Source of the DNA: Eledone cirrhosa | Taxonomy: Eukaryota | Reading direction: 5' to 3' | Assembly: GCA_964016885.1 (NCBI GenBank) | Contig: OZ024743.1 | Coordinates: 331,080,001-331,144,000, forward strand | DNA length: 64,000 nucleotides | Shown here: positions 14,557 through 28,990 of the stretch, one piece after another | How positions within the stretch are numbered: position 1 is the stretch's first letter | Layout: each line of letters starts with the position of its first letter | The notes under the pieces: generated by a model | Seen by the model: the letters and a program-made list of their open reading frames with translations, nothing else | Told to the model about the DNA's origin: nothing | Database searches by the model: none | Made by a program: the position numbers and the translations under genes

Positions 14557-17018
14557 ATATACATATATATATATACATAAATATATATATATGTATATAC
14601 ATATAAATATATACATATACAGCAGTAACAGCAGCAACAGCAGCAACAGCAGTAACAGCAGTAACAGCAGCAGCAGTAACAGCAGCAGCAGTAACAGCAG
14701 TAACAGCAGCAACAGCAATAGCAGTAACAGCAGTAACAGCAGCAATAGCAGTAACAGCAGCTACAGCAGTAACAGCAGTAACAGCAGCAATAGCAGTAAC
14801 AGCAGCAATAGCAGTAACAGCAGCAACAGCAGTAACAGCGGTAACAGCAGCTACAGCAGTAACAGCAGTAACAGCAGCAATAGCAGTAACAGCAGTAACA
14901 GCAGCTACAGCAGTAACAGCAGCAATAGCAGTAACAGCAGTAACAGCAGTAACAGCAGCTACAGCAGTAACAGCAGCAATAGCAGTAACAGCAGTAACAG
15001 CAGTAACAGCAGTAACAGCAGCAATAGCAGTAACAGCAGTAACAGCAGCTACAGCAGTAACAGCAGCAACAGCAGTAACAGCAGCAACAGCAGTAACAGC
15101 AGCAATAGCAGTAACAGCAGTAACAGCAGCAATAGCAGTAACAGCAGCTACAGCAGTAACAGCAGTAACAGCAGCAACAGCAATAGCAGTAACAGCAGTA
15201 ACAGCAGTAACAGCAGCAACAGCAGCAACAGCAGTAACAGCAGTAACAGCAGCTACAGCAGTAACAGCAGTAACAGCAGTAACATCAGCAATAGCAGTAA
15301 CAGCAGCTACAGCAGTAACAGCAGTAACAGCAGCAATAGCAGTAACAGCAGCTACAGCAGTAACAGCAGCAACAGCAGTAACAGCAGCAACAGCAGTAAC
15401 AGCAGTAACAGCAGCAACAGCAGTAACAGCAGCAATAGCAGTAACAGCAGCAACAGCAGTAACAGCAGTAACAGCAGCAATAGCAGTAACAGCAGCTACA
15501 GCAGTAACAGCAGTAACAGCAGCAATAGCAGTAACAGCAGCAACAGCAGCAACAGCAGTAACAGCAGCAACAGCAGTAACAGCAGTAACAGCAGCAATAG
15601 CAGTAACAGCAGCAATAGCAGTAACAGCAGCAATAGCAGTAACAGCAGTAACAGCAGCTACAGCAGTAACAGCAGCAATAGCAGTAACAGCAGTAACAGC
15701 AGCTACAGCAGTAACAGCAGCAACAGCAGTAACAGCAGTAACAGCAGCTACAGCAGCTACAGCAGCAGCAGCAGCAACAGCAGTAACAGCAGTAACAGCA
15801 GCTACAGCAGTAACAGCAGCTACAGCAGTAACAGCAGCAACAGCAGTAACAGCAGCAACAGCAATAGCAGTAACAGCAGCTACAGCAGTAACAGCAGTAA
15901 CAGCAGTAGCAGCAGCTACAGCAGTAACAGCAGCAATAGCAGCAGTAACAGCAGCTACAGCAGTAACAGCAGTAACAGCAGCAATAGCAGTAACAGCAGT
16001 AACAGCAGCTACAGCAGTAACAGCAGTAACAGCAGCAACAGCAGTAACAGCAGCAACAGCAGCAACAGCAGTAACAGCAGCAACAGCAATAGCAGCTACA
16101 ACAGTAACAGCAGCAACAGCAGCTACAGCAGTAACAGCTGTAACAGCAGCAATAGCAGTAACAGCAGCTACAGCAGTAACAGCAGTAACAGCAGCAATAG
16201 CAGTAACAGCAGCTACAGCAGTAACAGCAGTAACAGCAGCAATAGCAGTAACAGCAGCAATAGCAGTAACAGCAGCAACAGCAGTAACAGCGGTAACAGC
16301 AGCTACAGCAGTAACAGCAGTAACAGCAGCAATAGCAGTAACAGCAGTAACAGCAGCTACAGCAGTAACAGCAGCAATAGCAGTAACAGCAGTAACAGCA
16401 GCTACAGCAGTAACAGCAGCAACATCAGTAACAGCAGTAACAGCAGCTACAGCAGCAGCAGCAACAGCAGTAACAGCAGCAATAGCAGTAACAGCAGCTA
16501 CAGCAGTAACAGCAGTAACAGCAGCTACAGCAGTAACAGCAGTAACAGCAGCAACAGCAATAGCAGTAACAGCAGCTACAGCAGTAACAGCAGTAACAGC
16601 AGTAACAGCAGCTACAGCAGTAACAGCAGCAATAGCAGCAGTAACAGCAGCTACAGCAGTAACAGCAGCAGCAGTAACAGCAGTAACAGCAGCAATAGCA
16701 GTAACAGCAGCTACAGCAGTAACAGCAGTAACAGCAGTAACAGCAGCTACAGCAGTAATAGCAGTAACAGCAATAGCAGTAACAGCAGCTACAGCAGTAA
16801 TAGCAGTAACAGCAATAGCAGTAACAGCAGCAACAGCAGTAACAGCAGTAACAGCAGTAACAGCAGCAGCAGTAACAGCAGCAGCAGTAACAGCAGTAAC
16901 AGCAGCAACAGCAATAGCAGTAACAGCAGCAACAGCAGTAACAGCAGTAATAGCAGTAACAGCAGCTACAGCAGTAACAGCAGTAACAGCAGCAACAGCA
17001 GTAACAGCAGCAATAGCA
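10925..17018. repeat. Two blocks of AGC-AGT-AAC (9-bp) satellite, 10925-14296 and 14618-17018
   Basis: Trimer-phased repeat; each block is followed by the same ~135-bp unique tail and a TA-rich microsatellite. Confidence 0.95.
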
Positions 17019-17168
17019 AGGACCATAAGAAATAGGTGCCTGTTTGGTTAGATGAGCTTAACAAAGCTGAGAGGAACAAGTGTCTCTGAATGGTTCCTTA
17101 ACAAATGTTATCTGTGTTTCTTATGGAAGAAGGATGTCTGTGTTTAGATAGGGATATATATATATGTA

Positions 17169-17214
<46 letters not shown>

Positions 17215-17507
17215 TATGTATATGTATATATATATGTATATATATACATATATATACATAAATATATATATATGTATATACATATATATATATACATAAA
17301 TATATATATATGTATATATATGTATATACATATAAATATATACATAAATATATATATACACACATATATATATATACACACATAAATATATATACACACA
17401 TATATATATATACACACAAATATATATGCACATAAATATATACACATACATATATATACATATATATACATACATAAATATATATACACACACATATTTC
17501 ATTTCAT

Positions 17508-17564
<57 letters not shown>

Positions 17565-17769
17565 CATAAATATATACACACACACACTCACATATATATG
17601 TATATATATATACATACAAATATATATATATATACATGTGTGTGTTTTTTAACTTTTGATTTTTATATAATTGGTTTTGTTATCTTTTATTCAGTGGCTA
17701 TGTAAATAGTGAAGTTCTGAAATATTGTTGTCAGTTGTGTTTTGGGGGAGTTAGTAACCTTAATTGATC

Positions 17770-18222
17770 TTCTATTGGCAGACAGACACCATTCCTTGCT
17801 ATAGTGAAAAGATGGAAGCTTGCCTGGTGTGGTCATATAGCCCACCACAACTCCTTGTCCAAAACCATCCTTCAAGATACAGTCAAGGGAGGACAAAGGA
17901 GAAGCAAAGAAAATCCTGGTCCGACAACATCAAAGACTGGACTGGTCACAACACCAAAACCCTTCTACACATGATGGAGAATAGGGACCAATGGCAACAA
18001 CTGATACAGACTAGACAGATTGAATAACAATGTCCTCTTCATATCCATATTCTGCATAGTTTCTACAGATGGTCTTCTCCCACATATTCCTGAGAGGGTT
18101 GTAGAGGCAGAGGTTCTCAAGTAATCCTTCCAGTGGGTCCTGTCAGAAGCAACTGCCTCCAACTGATCAGGCTGGATCCCCAAGTGAGACCATCCAAGCT
18201 CATGGATGTTATCCAACCATTT
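17770..18222. mobile_element. Two old RTE-type C-terminal fragments in opposite orientation
   Basis: Plus: KRWKLAWCGHI...RKSWSDNIKDWTG. Minus: WLDNIHELGWSHLGIQPDQLEAVASDR, with a related plus copy at ~2225-2360. Confidence 0.6.
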
Positions 18223-19744
18223 TAATCTGTATGGTGCATGGCCTAGTGGTAAATGTGTTGGACTTACAATCATAATGTCATGGGTTTGAATCCTGGGCTG
18301 GGTTGTGTGTTGTGTTCTTGAACAAAACACTTCATTCCACATTGCTCCAGTATACTCAGCTGAAAATGAGTACCAGCAATAGCTGGGGGTTTAACCCTGC
18401 GATGGACTGGCGTCCTGTCCGGGTGTGTTGCGTACCCTCAATCACTTCATGTCTTGAAACAGACTTTAGCTTTTTATTTTAGGGTATACTTAATTGTAGG
18501 CTTGCCTTTTAGGTTTTCCCATAAAATCTGTCCAGAGATTCTTTCCTGACACATTATAGTCTCCTACTCATGGTATCGGAGAGAGGAAAAAGAAAAAACG
18601 GTGGGTCAGGGAAGAAAAAGTTTTTAAAAAAAAAAGGGGCAAATACAGTTGGCTGTGCCAGGTATCTAAGCTGTGCCCTGCAGATAAAATATTGAAAGTA
18701 CTGCCACTGAGAATAGCCAGTGATACCCACTGCATCAGCCATTCCACCGAACAAAGCTCCTTCTTCAGATTGTTTGAATGTATTTCTTCAAGACCAGTGT
18801 CCAGCAAATGATGTGTTGACTGATGAACACGTAGAAAGGAAGCAGAAAGTCTGTCTGTATGTATGTGAGTGTGTGCATGTAGTATACATGTATGTATTTG
18901 TGAATGTATGCATGTATGCATATGTATATGCATGTATATATGTATGTATGTGTATGTATGTGTAAGTATATTTATATGTATGTGTGTATGTATATATATA
19001 TATGCAGATGTATATGTATGTATATGCATGTATCTACATATGTGTATGCATGTATATGTATGTATGTAGATATGTATGTATGTATGTATGAATGCATCTA
19101 TATATGTATGTATGTACATATGTGTATGTATATGTATGTTTAAGTATGTATACTGGTGTAAGCGGCAAAGTCCTTAACATGTCACCTATACTCTGCACTA
19201 TTAATTCTACTATATGTACAAGTGTGTGTGTATTTGTGAACTTACAGGTAAACAGAGGAGGGGGTGTATGTGCACCTGTATATGTGTTTGTGTATGTACA
19301 TTCGAATGTATACATGCAGATGTGCAAATACAGATATTTAAACAGCGTCTATATGTGCATGTGGATCTCTCTATTTGTCTCTCTCTCTCTCTCTCCATAT
19401 ATATATATATACTGAGAGAGAGAGAGGAGAGTGAGAGAGAGATAGGAGAGAGTGGGAGAGAGAGAGGGCGATGGAGAGAGAGAGGTAGAGAGAGAGTTGG
19501 GTATGCATATATATATATATGCACACATGAAACTGTGCAGCTGTGTGTATATGTATACGTCGACACGAAACTGTACATTACTGTACAGTTGTGGTGATAG
19601 TGTGAAGTGATTAATCATTACAACACTACACACAGTTAAACATGTTTATGCACACATGATGCACCTGAGTGCACTGTTTTGCACATCACTGCACCATTGT
19701 GATACACATATACAAACTACTGCTGCAGTAGGATGGGAACTGTT

Positions 19745-20550
19745 AGTGGGAGGTGGCGGTGGTGAGGTGGCGGTGGTGAGGTGGTGGTGGAAGGTGGTGG
19801 TGGTGGTGGTGGTGGTGGAGGTGGTGGTGTTGGTGGTGGTGGTGGAAGGTGGTGGTGGTGGTGGAAGTGGTGCTGGTGGTGGTGGTAGTTGGAGGTGGTG
19901 GTAGTTGGGTGGTGGAGGTGGTGGAAGTTGGTGGTGGTGGAGGTGGTGGTGGAAGGTGGTGGAGGTGGTGGTGGAGGTGGTGGTGGTGGTGGAAGGTGGT
20001 GGTAGTTGGAGGTGGCGGTAGTCAGGTGGTGGTGGTGGGAGGTGGTTGTGGTGGAAGGTTGTAGTGGGGTGTGGTTGTGGTTGTGGGGAGGTGGAGGTGG
20101 TTGTGGGGAGGTGGGTGGTGGAGGTGGTGGGAGGTGGTGGTGGTGGTTGCGGGGGTGGGGTGGTGGAGGTGGGTGTAGTGGGGTGTGGTTGTGGTGGAAT
20201 GCGGTGGTGGTGGTTGTTGTTGTTGTGGTGGTGGTGGTGGTGGTGGGGGTTGTAGTGGAGGTGGTAGTTGTGGCTGTTGTGGTGATGGGGAGTGGTTGTG
20301 GTGGAGCTGGTGGAGGCGGTGGTGGTGGGGTGGGGTGTATGTGGGGTGTGGTGGTGGTGGTTAGTAGTAGTGGTGGAGGTGGTTGTGGTGATGGTTGTGG
20401 TGGGGTGTGATTAAGGTGATTGAGGTAGTTGTGGTGGTGGTGGGAGGTGGATTTGTGATGGTATGGTTATGATGATGGTTATGATGGAAAGTGGTGATGG
20501 TGGTAGTAGTAGTGATATGTCAGTGGGGTAGTTCTAGTGGTGGTGGTGGT
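19745..20550. repeat. Degenerate (GGT)n tract
   Basis: Direct inspection. Confidence 0.9.
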
Positions 20551-20734
20551 GACTTGGGCCAATTTGAAGCTAAAGTAAAAAGACTTGCTCAAGATGCCAC
20601 ACAGTGGGACTAAACCCTAGAACCTGTAAACCACTCAGCCATACCATCTGGTAATATATCTAAAGACAGTGTATAATCACAGTCAATTGCTGTTGTAACT
20701 GTTGGTACAATTAACTATGACTACAGCACCTGCT

Positions 20735-23060
20735 ACACACTAGTACATGCTTCTCTATAGTATATATATTTTTATAGTACCTGCTTCTCTATAGTATATC
20801 TATTTTTATAGTACCTGCTTCTCTATAGTATATATATATTTCTATAGTAGCTGCTTCTCTATATTATATATATTTCTAGAGTAGCTGCTTCTCTATAGTA
20901 TATATGTATTTCTATAGTAACTGCTTCTCTATATTATATATATTTCTAGAGTAACTGCTTCTCTGTAGTATATATATATTTCTATAGTAGCTGCTTCTCT
21001 ATAGTATATATATTTCTGTAGTAGCTGCGCCACTATACAGGTAAAATTTCATTATAACAAATACCATTATAACGAAATTGCCCCCCCCCCCCCCCCCCCG
21101 TGAATTTCACTGTAGTATATATATTTCTGTAGGACATGCTTCTCTATAATATATATATTTCAATACTACCTACCTCTCTATAGTATATATATTTCTATAG
21201 TATCTGCTTCTCTATACCATATATATTTCTACAGTACCTGCTTTGCTATAGTATATATATTTCTATAGTACCTCCCCCACTATAGTACATGCTTCTCTAT
21301 AGTTTATATATTTCTATAGTACCTCCCCCACTATAGTACATGCTTCTCTATAGTATATATATTTCTATAGTACCTCCCCCACTATAGTATATACATTACT
21401 ATAGTACCATCCCCACTAGGGTCATGCTTCTTTATAGAATAAATATTTCTATAGTACCTGCTCCACTATAGTACATGACTCTCTATAGTATATATATTTC
21501 TATAGTACCTACCCATCTATAGTACTTGCTCAGTTATAGTTCATATATTCTATAGTTTTTGTTTTATCCTGTAACTCCAGATGGAGTTGTAGGGGCACCA
21601 TATTGGTATACAGTGTTTTGGGGGCATTTTAAATCCCTGGTAGAGCCCAACCTGCTCCATTATAGTACATAGACTTTATATAATAATAATAATGAAATAT
21701 TGTGTACAGTGCTCAGGTGCACTACAACTCATCAAAAGTGTATGTATAGTACATAGTGTAATGTACAAACATCAGGAAAATGAACAGTGCATGAGTCATG
21801 ATATACACATGTGTGCATGTGTATGGAAGGGGTACATCAGGTGTAGTTTTGGCGTATTTCGGGAAGCAGTGTCTCGGCAGCTAACAACTGACGCAGGCAG
21901 TTTTTTCCATGCTTCAGCAACTCTAAGCGTGACAAAATGTTTCCGAAAGTCATGGGAGCTGTGCTGTTTTCTGATTTTGTAGGCATGTCCACGTGTGTTA
22001 GACACATGGAGATCAAAAAGGGTAGTACCTCTCCACTATAGTACTTGATCTTGTATATACTTCCATAGTAGCTACCCTTCTATAAGTTTCTGTACTCTAC
22101 TGTATATTTCTATTTCATCAATAGTACATATACTTCCATAATAGTTGCTCCTCTATACTACCTGCTCTTCTATAGTACCTACCCTCCTATTGTACCTGCT
22201 CTTCTATAGTACCTGCCCTCCTATTGTACCTGCTCCTCTATATACTTCTATAGTGCTTGCTCTACTATATATTTCTATTTTACACCTATAGTATCTGTAA
22301 ATATATATACTTCTATAGTACCTGCTTTTCTATATGCTTATATAGTACCTGCACTTTTATAAGCTTCTATATTACCTGCTCTTCTATATGCTTCTATAAT
22401 ATCTGCTCTTCTATATACTTCTATTGTACCTATCCTTCTATATGCTTCTATAGTACATCTATAGTATGTGCTCTACTATATAATTCTATTGTATATCTTC
22501 TATAGTATCTGCTCTTCCATATACTCCAATAGAACTTCTATTCTATTTACTTTTCTATATATACATCTACTATTTTAGCTGCTCTTCTATATACTTCTAT
22601 TGTACATTTAATATTATATCTGCTTCTCTATATACTGTTATTGTGCATCTACTATAGTATCTACTTCTGTATATACTTCTATATACATCTTGTATAGTTT
22701 CTGCTCCTCTATATACTTCTATAGTACTGTGTCTAATACTGTTTTTACATACTTCTATAGTGTTTGTATAGTATCTACTCACTCTTCTGTATACTTCTAG
22801 GGTGTCTAGTGTTCTACATACCCTATAGTACCTACTCTTATATACTTCTATATACTTCTATATGACCTAGTCTTCTATAATACTGTGTTTTTACATACTT
22901 CTACTATAGTGTTTTTGTATAGTATCTACTCACTCTTTTATATACATCTAGGGTGCCTAGTGTTCTACATACTCCTATAGTACCTACTCTTCTATATACT
23001 TCTACTAAATCCTCTTCTCTCTTATATACTTCTATAGTACTGTTTCTATAATATTCTACT
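20735..23060. repeat. Degenerate AT-rich minisatellite (ctatagtacctgcttct core) interrupted by the CR1 fragment
   Basis: Recurrent tatagta.ctgct.ctctata motif. Confidence 0.8.
21680..22020 (-). mobile_element. 3' fragment of the CR1-group LINE
   Basis: SNTRGHAYKIRKQHSSHDFRKHF matches the element end at ~41870-42218; same tail. Confidence 0.88.
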
Positions 23061-24981
23061 GTTTCAGTAGAATATTACAGAAAACACTGTTATGATTCTC
23101 CTCTTTAAATTGTACTAAACTGTTCTACTCAATACAATATTTATACATAATACATATAAAATGCATAATAACTACATATAATATGTATAATAACTACATA
23201 TAATATAATAACTACATATAAACTGTATAATAAATACATTTAATATGTATAATAAATACATATAATATGTATAATAAATACATGTAATATATATATACAG
23301 CAATTAGGCATAATACATATAATATGTACCATAGTATATAATGTATAATAATATATATAATTGTTTCGACTTTTGGCACAAGGCCAGCAATTACCCGGTA
23401 CATTACTGCTACTTTATTCTATCGACCTCGTAAGGATGAAAGGCAAAGTTAACCTCGGCGGGATTTGAACTCTGAACGTAAAGGGCCGTAACTCTATGCT
23501 GCAAAGCATGGCGTCAGACCCTCTACCAATACTGAATATATATAATATGTATGATATATATAACAATTAGGCAAAATACAAATCACATTTAGTCAGGTTT
23601 CATTTGTAAAGATTTTAAATAGGAAATTTCCCCAAATACCACTTAAATGTACACATGTATATAAATTATGTATACAACACATACATCTAAGTGGATTGGC
23701 AGTATCGGTAGAGGGTCGGACGCCATGCTTTCCAGCATAGTTACGTCCCTTTACGATCTGAGTCCAAATCCCGCCGAGGTTGACTTTGCCTTTCATCCTT
23801 ACTGGGTCGATAAAATAAAGTACCAGTAATGCACTGGGTAATTGCTGGCCTTGTGCCTAAAGTAGAAACAATTATATATTTATATATATGTAAATATATA
23901 CACACACACATACACACAAAATTATATACAAAGAACCATACAGAAATATCATTTGATGATATAAATACACATGTATATCAACTCACAATACATACATATC
24001 TATATGTATGTATACACACTTACATACATACATTCATAGAAATCATTTGATATAAATACACATACATATATATCTATATGTATATATACACACATACATA
24101 GATAGAAATCATTTGATATAAATACACATGTATACAAATGCACACAATATATATACATATATACACACACAAGTGAAACATCTGCTGTTACTATATTTAA
24201 AACTCAACTTTACTTTATGTATATCCTCCAACAAATACACTTTAGTTGATGCCATATTGGATTAGCAATATTGACAGGCAGAAAGCTTACAATGTGAAGT
24301 AAATATCAAGGCAAACGTTAGGATTTTCATTCTCCTTCTTTCAGTTGGTGGCAGCCATTAAATCTTACATGTTGGAGTTCTGCCATATTTTCCCTTCTTT
24401 TGGTTTTACTTCAAAATTTTCTTTTCTACATATGTACTTATACACACATATGTATGTATATATTTATGTATATGTTATGTATGTATATATTTGTAAGAAT
24501 ATATATATATATATGCATATATGTATGATTATACATATATACATACATAAGTATATATATACAATGATATTAAATGAATGGAAACTACAGTATATATATA
24601 CATATATACATACATAAGTATATATATATACATATATACATACATACATAAGTGTGTATATATATATATATATATATATACATATATACATACATAAGTA
24701 TATATATATATATACATATATACATACATAAGTATATATATATACATACATATATACATAAGTGTGTATATATATATATATATATATATTTACTTGTTTC
24801 ATCCATATATTCTGATATCAGATTTTTATAAACATATATACATATATATTTATCAAATCGTTTCAAATTGTACATATATTTATTTATTTGTATACACACC
24901 CACACAATTTTTTTTTATTTGTACACACATACATGAATTACATATATTACTTTATACACAAATTTACGTATTATATATATA

Positions 24982-25480
24982 TGTAGCGATGTGGTTAGTC
25001 AGTCTGGTCACTACTTCTGATCAGATCCGAGAATAGCCCTTAGAAGGACTGTTATCACATACGGTCTGATCAGATCTGAAGATAGCCCTCAAAAGGACTG
25101 TTGTCGCATATAGCCCTTAAAAGAACTGTTGAGGATGGACAGACGAAAGCACAAGTTGAAAGGACGAAGCAAGGCGAGATGTAAATTTGATCAGCTATTT
25201 ATTTTCACATGAAGCGACGATACGAGGTACAAGGCGTGTGTGAGTGACAAAGTGTGGCAGAGGCGAGGAACAACGATGCGCTAGCTGACTCTGCCAAAAG
25301 TTGACTGGCGAAGTGTTGGGAACCACTCTATTTATACAGAAATAATCGTTTGATGTTTAGCCGCTGTGTAGGCGTTTATTCTGGTAGGTTTTAAGGGTTC
25401 TTTTGTTTCACGTTGAGGTAGCTAGATAACAGGTAGATGGCGCTGTATATTTCACAGCTGTTATTTCCGGTGGCTGTACA
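24982..25480 (-). mobile_element. Probable ~500-bp LTR (TGTA...TACA) preceded by a PPT-like tract
   Basis: Minus strand starts TGTACAGCC and ends CTACA, contains TATAAAT and AATAAA, and is preceded by ggcaggggactaa. No TSD. Confidence 0.55.
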
Positions 25481-25749
25481 TTAGTCCCCTGCCAGATCTT
25501 TTGTACAACAAAAGAGCGAAATATCGTATAGTAATTGGCCAGTGGTGCATTTGTCATGACAATAGCCCCAGGAGTGTCCAGCACGTTGTGAAATTTTGTG
25601 ATCATCGAGTACAGGACAGAGTCGATGTAGAGATGATATGGCAAGATGTGTGTGTCAGGAAGAGAAAAAAGAAATAAACCATAAAATGACTTTACCCAGA
25701 TTTATGCAGGTGTGATGAATGAGCCTGTTGTGGTTTGGGTTGAGCTGCC

Positions 25750-26037
25750 TGTACAGCCACCAGAAATAACATCTGTGAAATATACAACGCCATCTACCTG
25801 TTAGCTAGCTACCTCAACAGGAAACAAAAGAACCCTTAAAAGCTACCAGAATAAACGCCTACACAGCGGCTAAACATCAAACGATTATTTCTGTATAAAT
25901 AGAGTCGTTCCAAACACTTCACCAGTCGACATTTGGCAGAATCAACTCGCGTATCGTTGTTCCTCGCCTCTGCCACGTTTTGTCACTCACACACGCCTTG
26001 TACCTCGTATCGTCGATTCATGTAAAAATAAATAGCT
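25750..26037 (+). mobile_element. Partial inverted copy of the LTR
   Basis: 288-bp reverse complement of 25193-25480 with scattered substitutions. Confidence 0.8.
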
Positions 26038-26387
26038 ATATATAGGTTGGTGTTAGGAAGGGCATCCAGCTGTAGAAATCAAGCCACAATCAGTTCCCGT
26101 CCCACCCTTGCAAGCAGGGAAAAGTGGACGTAAAAGGCATGTTGGCTGAGTGGTTAGAGAATTGGATTCACAATCGTGATGTTGTGAGTTCGATTTCTGG
26201 ACCGAGTGATGTGTTATGTCCTTGAGCAAGACACTTTATTTCACTTTGCTCCTCCTTCTACCTGGAGTCGCGATCAATAAATACTATTAGCAATTGGAAA
26301 GACCATTGGAAATATTGTTTCCTCAGTCCGATCGACTCTCTATATATATAAATGGAGAGAGAATAACTAATATAACCATATATATAT

Positions 26388-27476
26388 CATCATCATCATC
26401 ATCGTTTAACGTCCGTGTTCCACGCTTGCATGGGTTTGGACGGGGGTTTTCCCACTTGAGGCAAGAGTGATTGTCTTGCTCGCATAGGACTGTCTGGCAG
26501 GTTTTCTACAGTTGGATGCCCTTCCTAACACCAACCACATTTACAGTGTGGGTCTGGGAGGTTTTTACCGTGTTGCCTACACGGCCACATTACAGCGTGG
26601 ACTGTGTGTTTTTTTTTGTCGTGACACCTACACGATCTCATTTGTTTCGGCCTGGATGGTGTGGCACCAACATAACTTTACATAGAAGGGGGCGGTGTGG
26701 ATGGGGTGGGGGTGGTGGAACGGGGTGTATTTTGTTAGAGATGCCTACTGACTGTAGTAGGTTTTACTTTGTATTTAGGTAAGGCGGGTCTTCTCTATTA
26801 CTGAGTACCGCCAAAGGTCTCGGTCCAGTGACATTGTCTTGGTGAGGTGTAACTGTGTGAGGTCGGAGTTTATCAGCTCGTCCCAGGTTTTTCTGGGTCT
26901 GCCTATTCCGTGGCTACCGTCTATCTTTATTGCCCTGCACTTTGTTATACAGCTATCGTCCTTCATGCGCATCACGTGACCATACCAACGTAGCCTTCTC
27001 TCTAGTAAACAACATCTGATCCCTCTTATCTCTAATTGTTTCCTTAGTTCGTTTATGCTTTGTCGTTCACGTATATTACTATTACACATCCAGCGGAGCA
27101 TGCAAGCTTCGTTTCTCTCTAGTCTGCGTATATCCTCTGCACACAATGCCCAGGTCTCACTGTCATGCAACATTGCTGTTCGTATGCAGGCATCGTACAA
27201 CCTGCCTTTCATTTTTAGGGAGAACCCTTTAGCGGCTAATAGTGGTATAAGCTCTCTGAACTTTTTCCACCCAGTTCTGACTCTAGCTACTGTACTTTCA
27301 GAGCACCCTCCCCCACTGCTGATTTTGTCACCCAGGTAACGGAAGCTGTCCACTATTTCTATAGAACCCTCTGCGCAGTTGAAAGCGCTAGTATTTCGTG
27401 GGCACTTGCTGCTACTTATTGCCCCAGAACACCGGCCACATGTAAAATCTATGTTCTTAGCTTACCTGTGATCCCA
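26388..27476 (-). mobile_element. 5'-truncated copy of the same RTE family
   Basis: ORF 26775-27353 is near-identical to the C-terminus of the full ORF; same 3' UTR and tail. Confidence 0.92.
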
Positions 27477-28353
27477 TATATATATATTATACATATATAT
27501 ATATTATTGTTTCTACTATTGGCACGAGGCCAGCAATTACCCAGTGTATTACTGGTACTTTATTTTATCGACCCTATAAGGATGAAAGGCAAAGTTAACC
27601 TCGGTGGGATTTGAACTCCATAAAGGGGCGTAACTCTATGCTGGAAAGCATGGTGCCCAACCCTCTACCGATACTGCCAATTCATATTATATAGATATAT
27701 TATATATACACACTGAAACATTATGATGGTCTCTCTCACACAGACACACATATGCTGAGAAAATACAAGAATGGCTCATAGCTAATTACTGGGATGGCAG
27801 TACAATGGCAAATGTGATGCTCTAGATGAATACAATTACAGAGATATGAAACAGATGGACCAAGCTATGAAAGTAAATATCTAAATGAAGGATTTTTAGT
27901 ACAATTGATTAGGAAGGGATTTGTTGAACAAGGGGTGGGAGTATTGCTGACCTACTTAAAGGGATATTGTCCGGAATGGGGTATATTCTTGTCCATCACT
28001 GCCAAACCTTACACAAATAACCTTCGATTCGGAATGTATAAACATATAACCACAGTATATACAGCAAAAACGTGTTTCTCCCCACACTGACCGATAGGTC
28101 TCCAAAGGCCTTCTGCTTCTGGCAAGGGCCCACAACCAACACCATGATGTCACTGACCCTTTTCTTCCAGCCCCACAAGATTTAACCCGAATCACACACA
28201 CACATATATATATATATGAAAATGAGGGGTTTTTGGCGAGACAAACCACAACAGAAACAGAAACCATCCATCTCAATTTTAAGAACTGTGAAACCAGCAA
28301 AGTAAATAAATATATATTCTTAAAAGACTCCAATTGCATTTTCAATTTCTTTT

Positions 28354-28388
<35 letters not shown>

Positions 28389-28611
28389 AAACATTTTTAA
28401 CTTATACAATTATATGAGTTAGACAAACTTATTTTAGTCTGTCTGATTTATACACAACCTAAATTGAGATGTTTTGGCATAAGTTTAATATCTTAAATTA
28501 CTCTGAATATCTGTATATTTTATCCATTCATTGAGATGTCTAAGTATTAGAGACAAATAACTTTTAATTGATATATAAATACACACACACACACACACAC
28601 ACACACATACG

Positions 28612-28645
<34 letters not shown>

Positions 28646-28647
<2 letters not shown>

Positions 28648-28990
28648 GGCACATGGCTTAGTGGTTAGAGCATTGGCCTTGCAATCGAAAGGTTGTGAGT
28701 TCAATTCTCAGACTGGGTGATGTGTTGTTTCCTTGAGCAAGACACTTTATTTCACATTGCTCCAGTTTACTCAGCTGTAGAAATGAGGTGATAGGGACTG
28801 GGGTCCATATCATACCACTGCAAAGTGGTCGTGGAGGTGCCACGGCAAAAAAGCACCCAGCACTCTCTGTAAATGAGGTTGGTGTTAGGAAGGGCATCCA
28901 GCTGTAGAAATCAAGCCAGCATCAGTTCCCGTCCCACCCTTGCAAGCAGGGAAAAAGCAGACGTAAAATGAAATGAAAATGATGAAATGA
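28646..28990 (+). mobile_element. tRNA-derived SINE family A (other copies ~37987-38322 +, 52251-52685 +, 42954-43293 -, 26128-26255 +)
   Basis: A box tggcttagtggttag, B box gttcaattc, central ccttgagcaagacacttt, RTE-like 3' part, ATG-repeat tail. Confidence 0.85.

Noticed and set aside
10881-17035. Giant ORFs (1143, 1049, 876 and 862 aa)
   Set aside because: Artefacts of a trimer-phased satellite that lacks stops in most frames; no coding evidence.
24369-24426. Possible small minus-strand exon
   Set aside because: Weak acceptor and no homology.
28646-28725. tRNA genes
   Set aside because: tRNA-like heads of SINEs without a complete cloverleaf.
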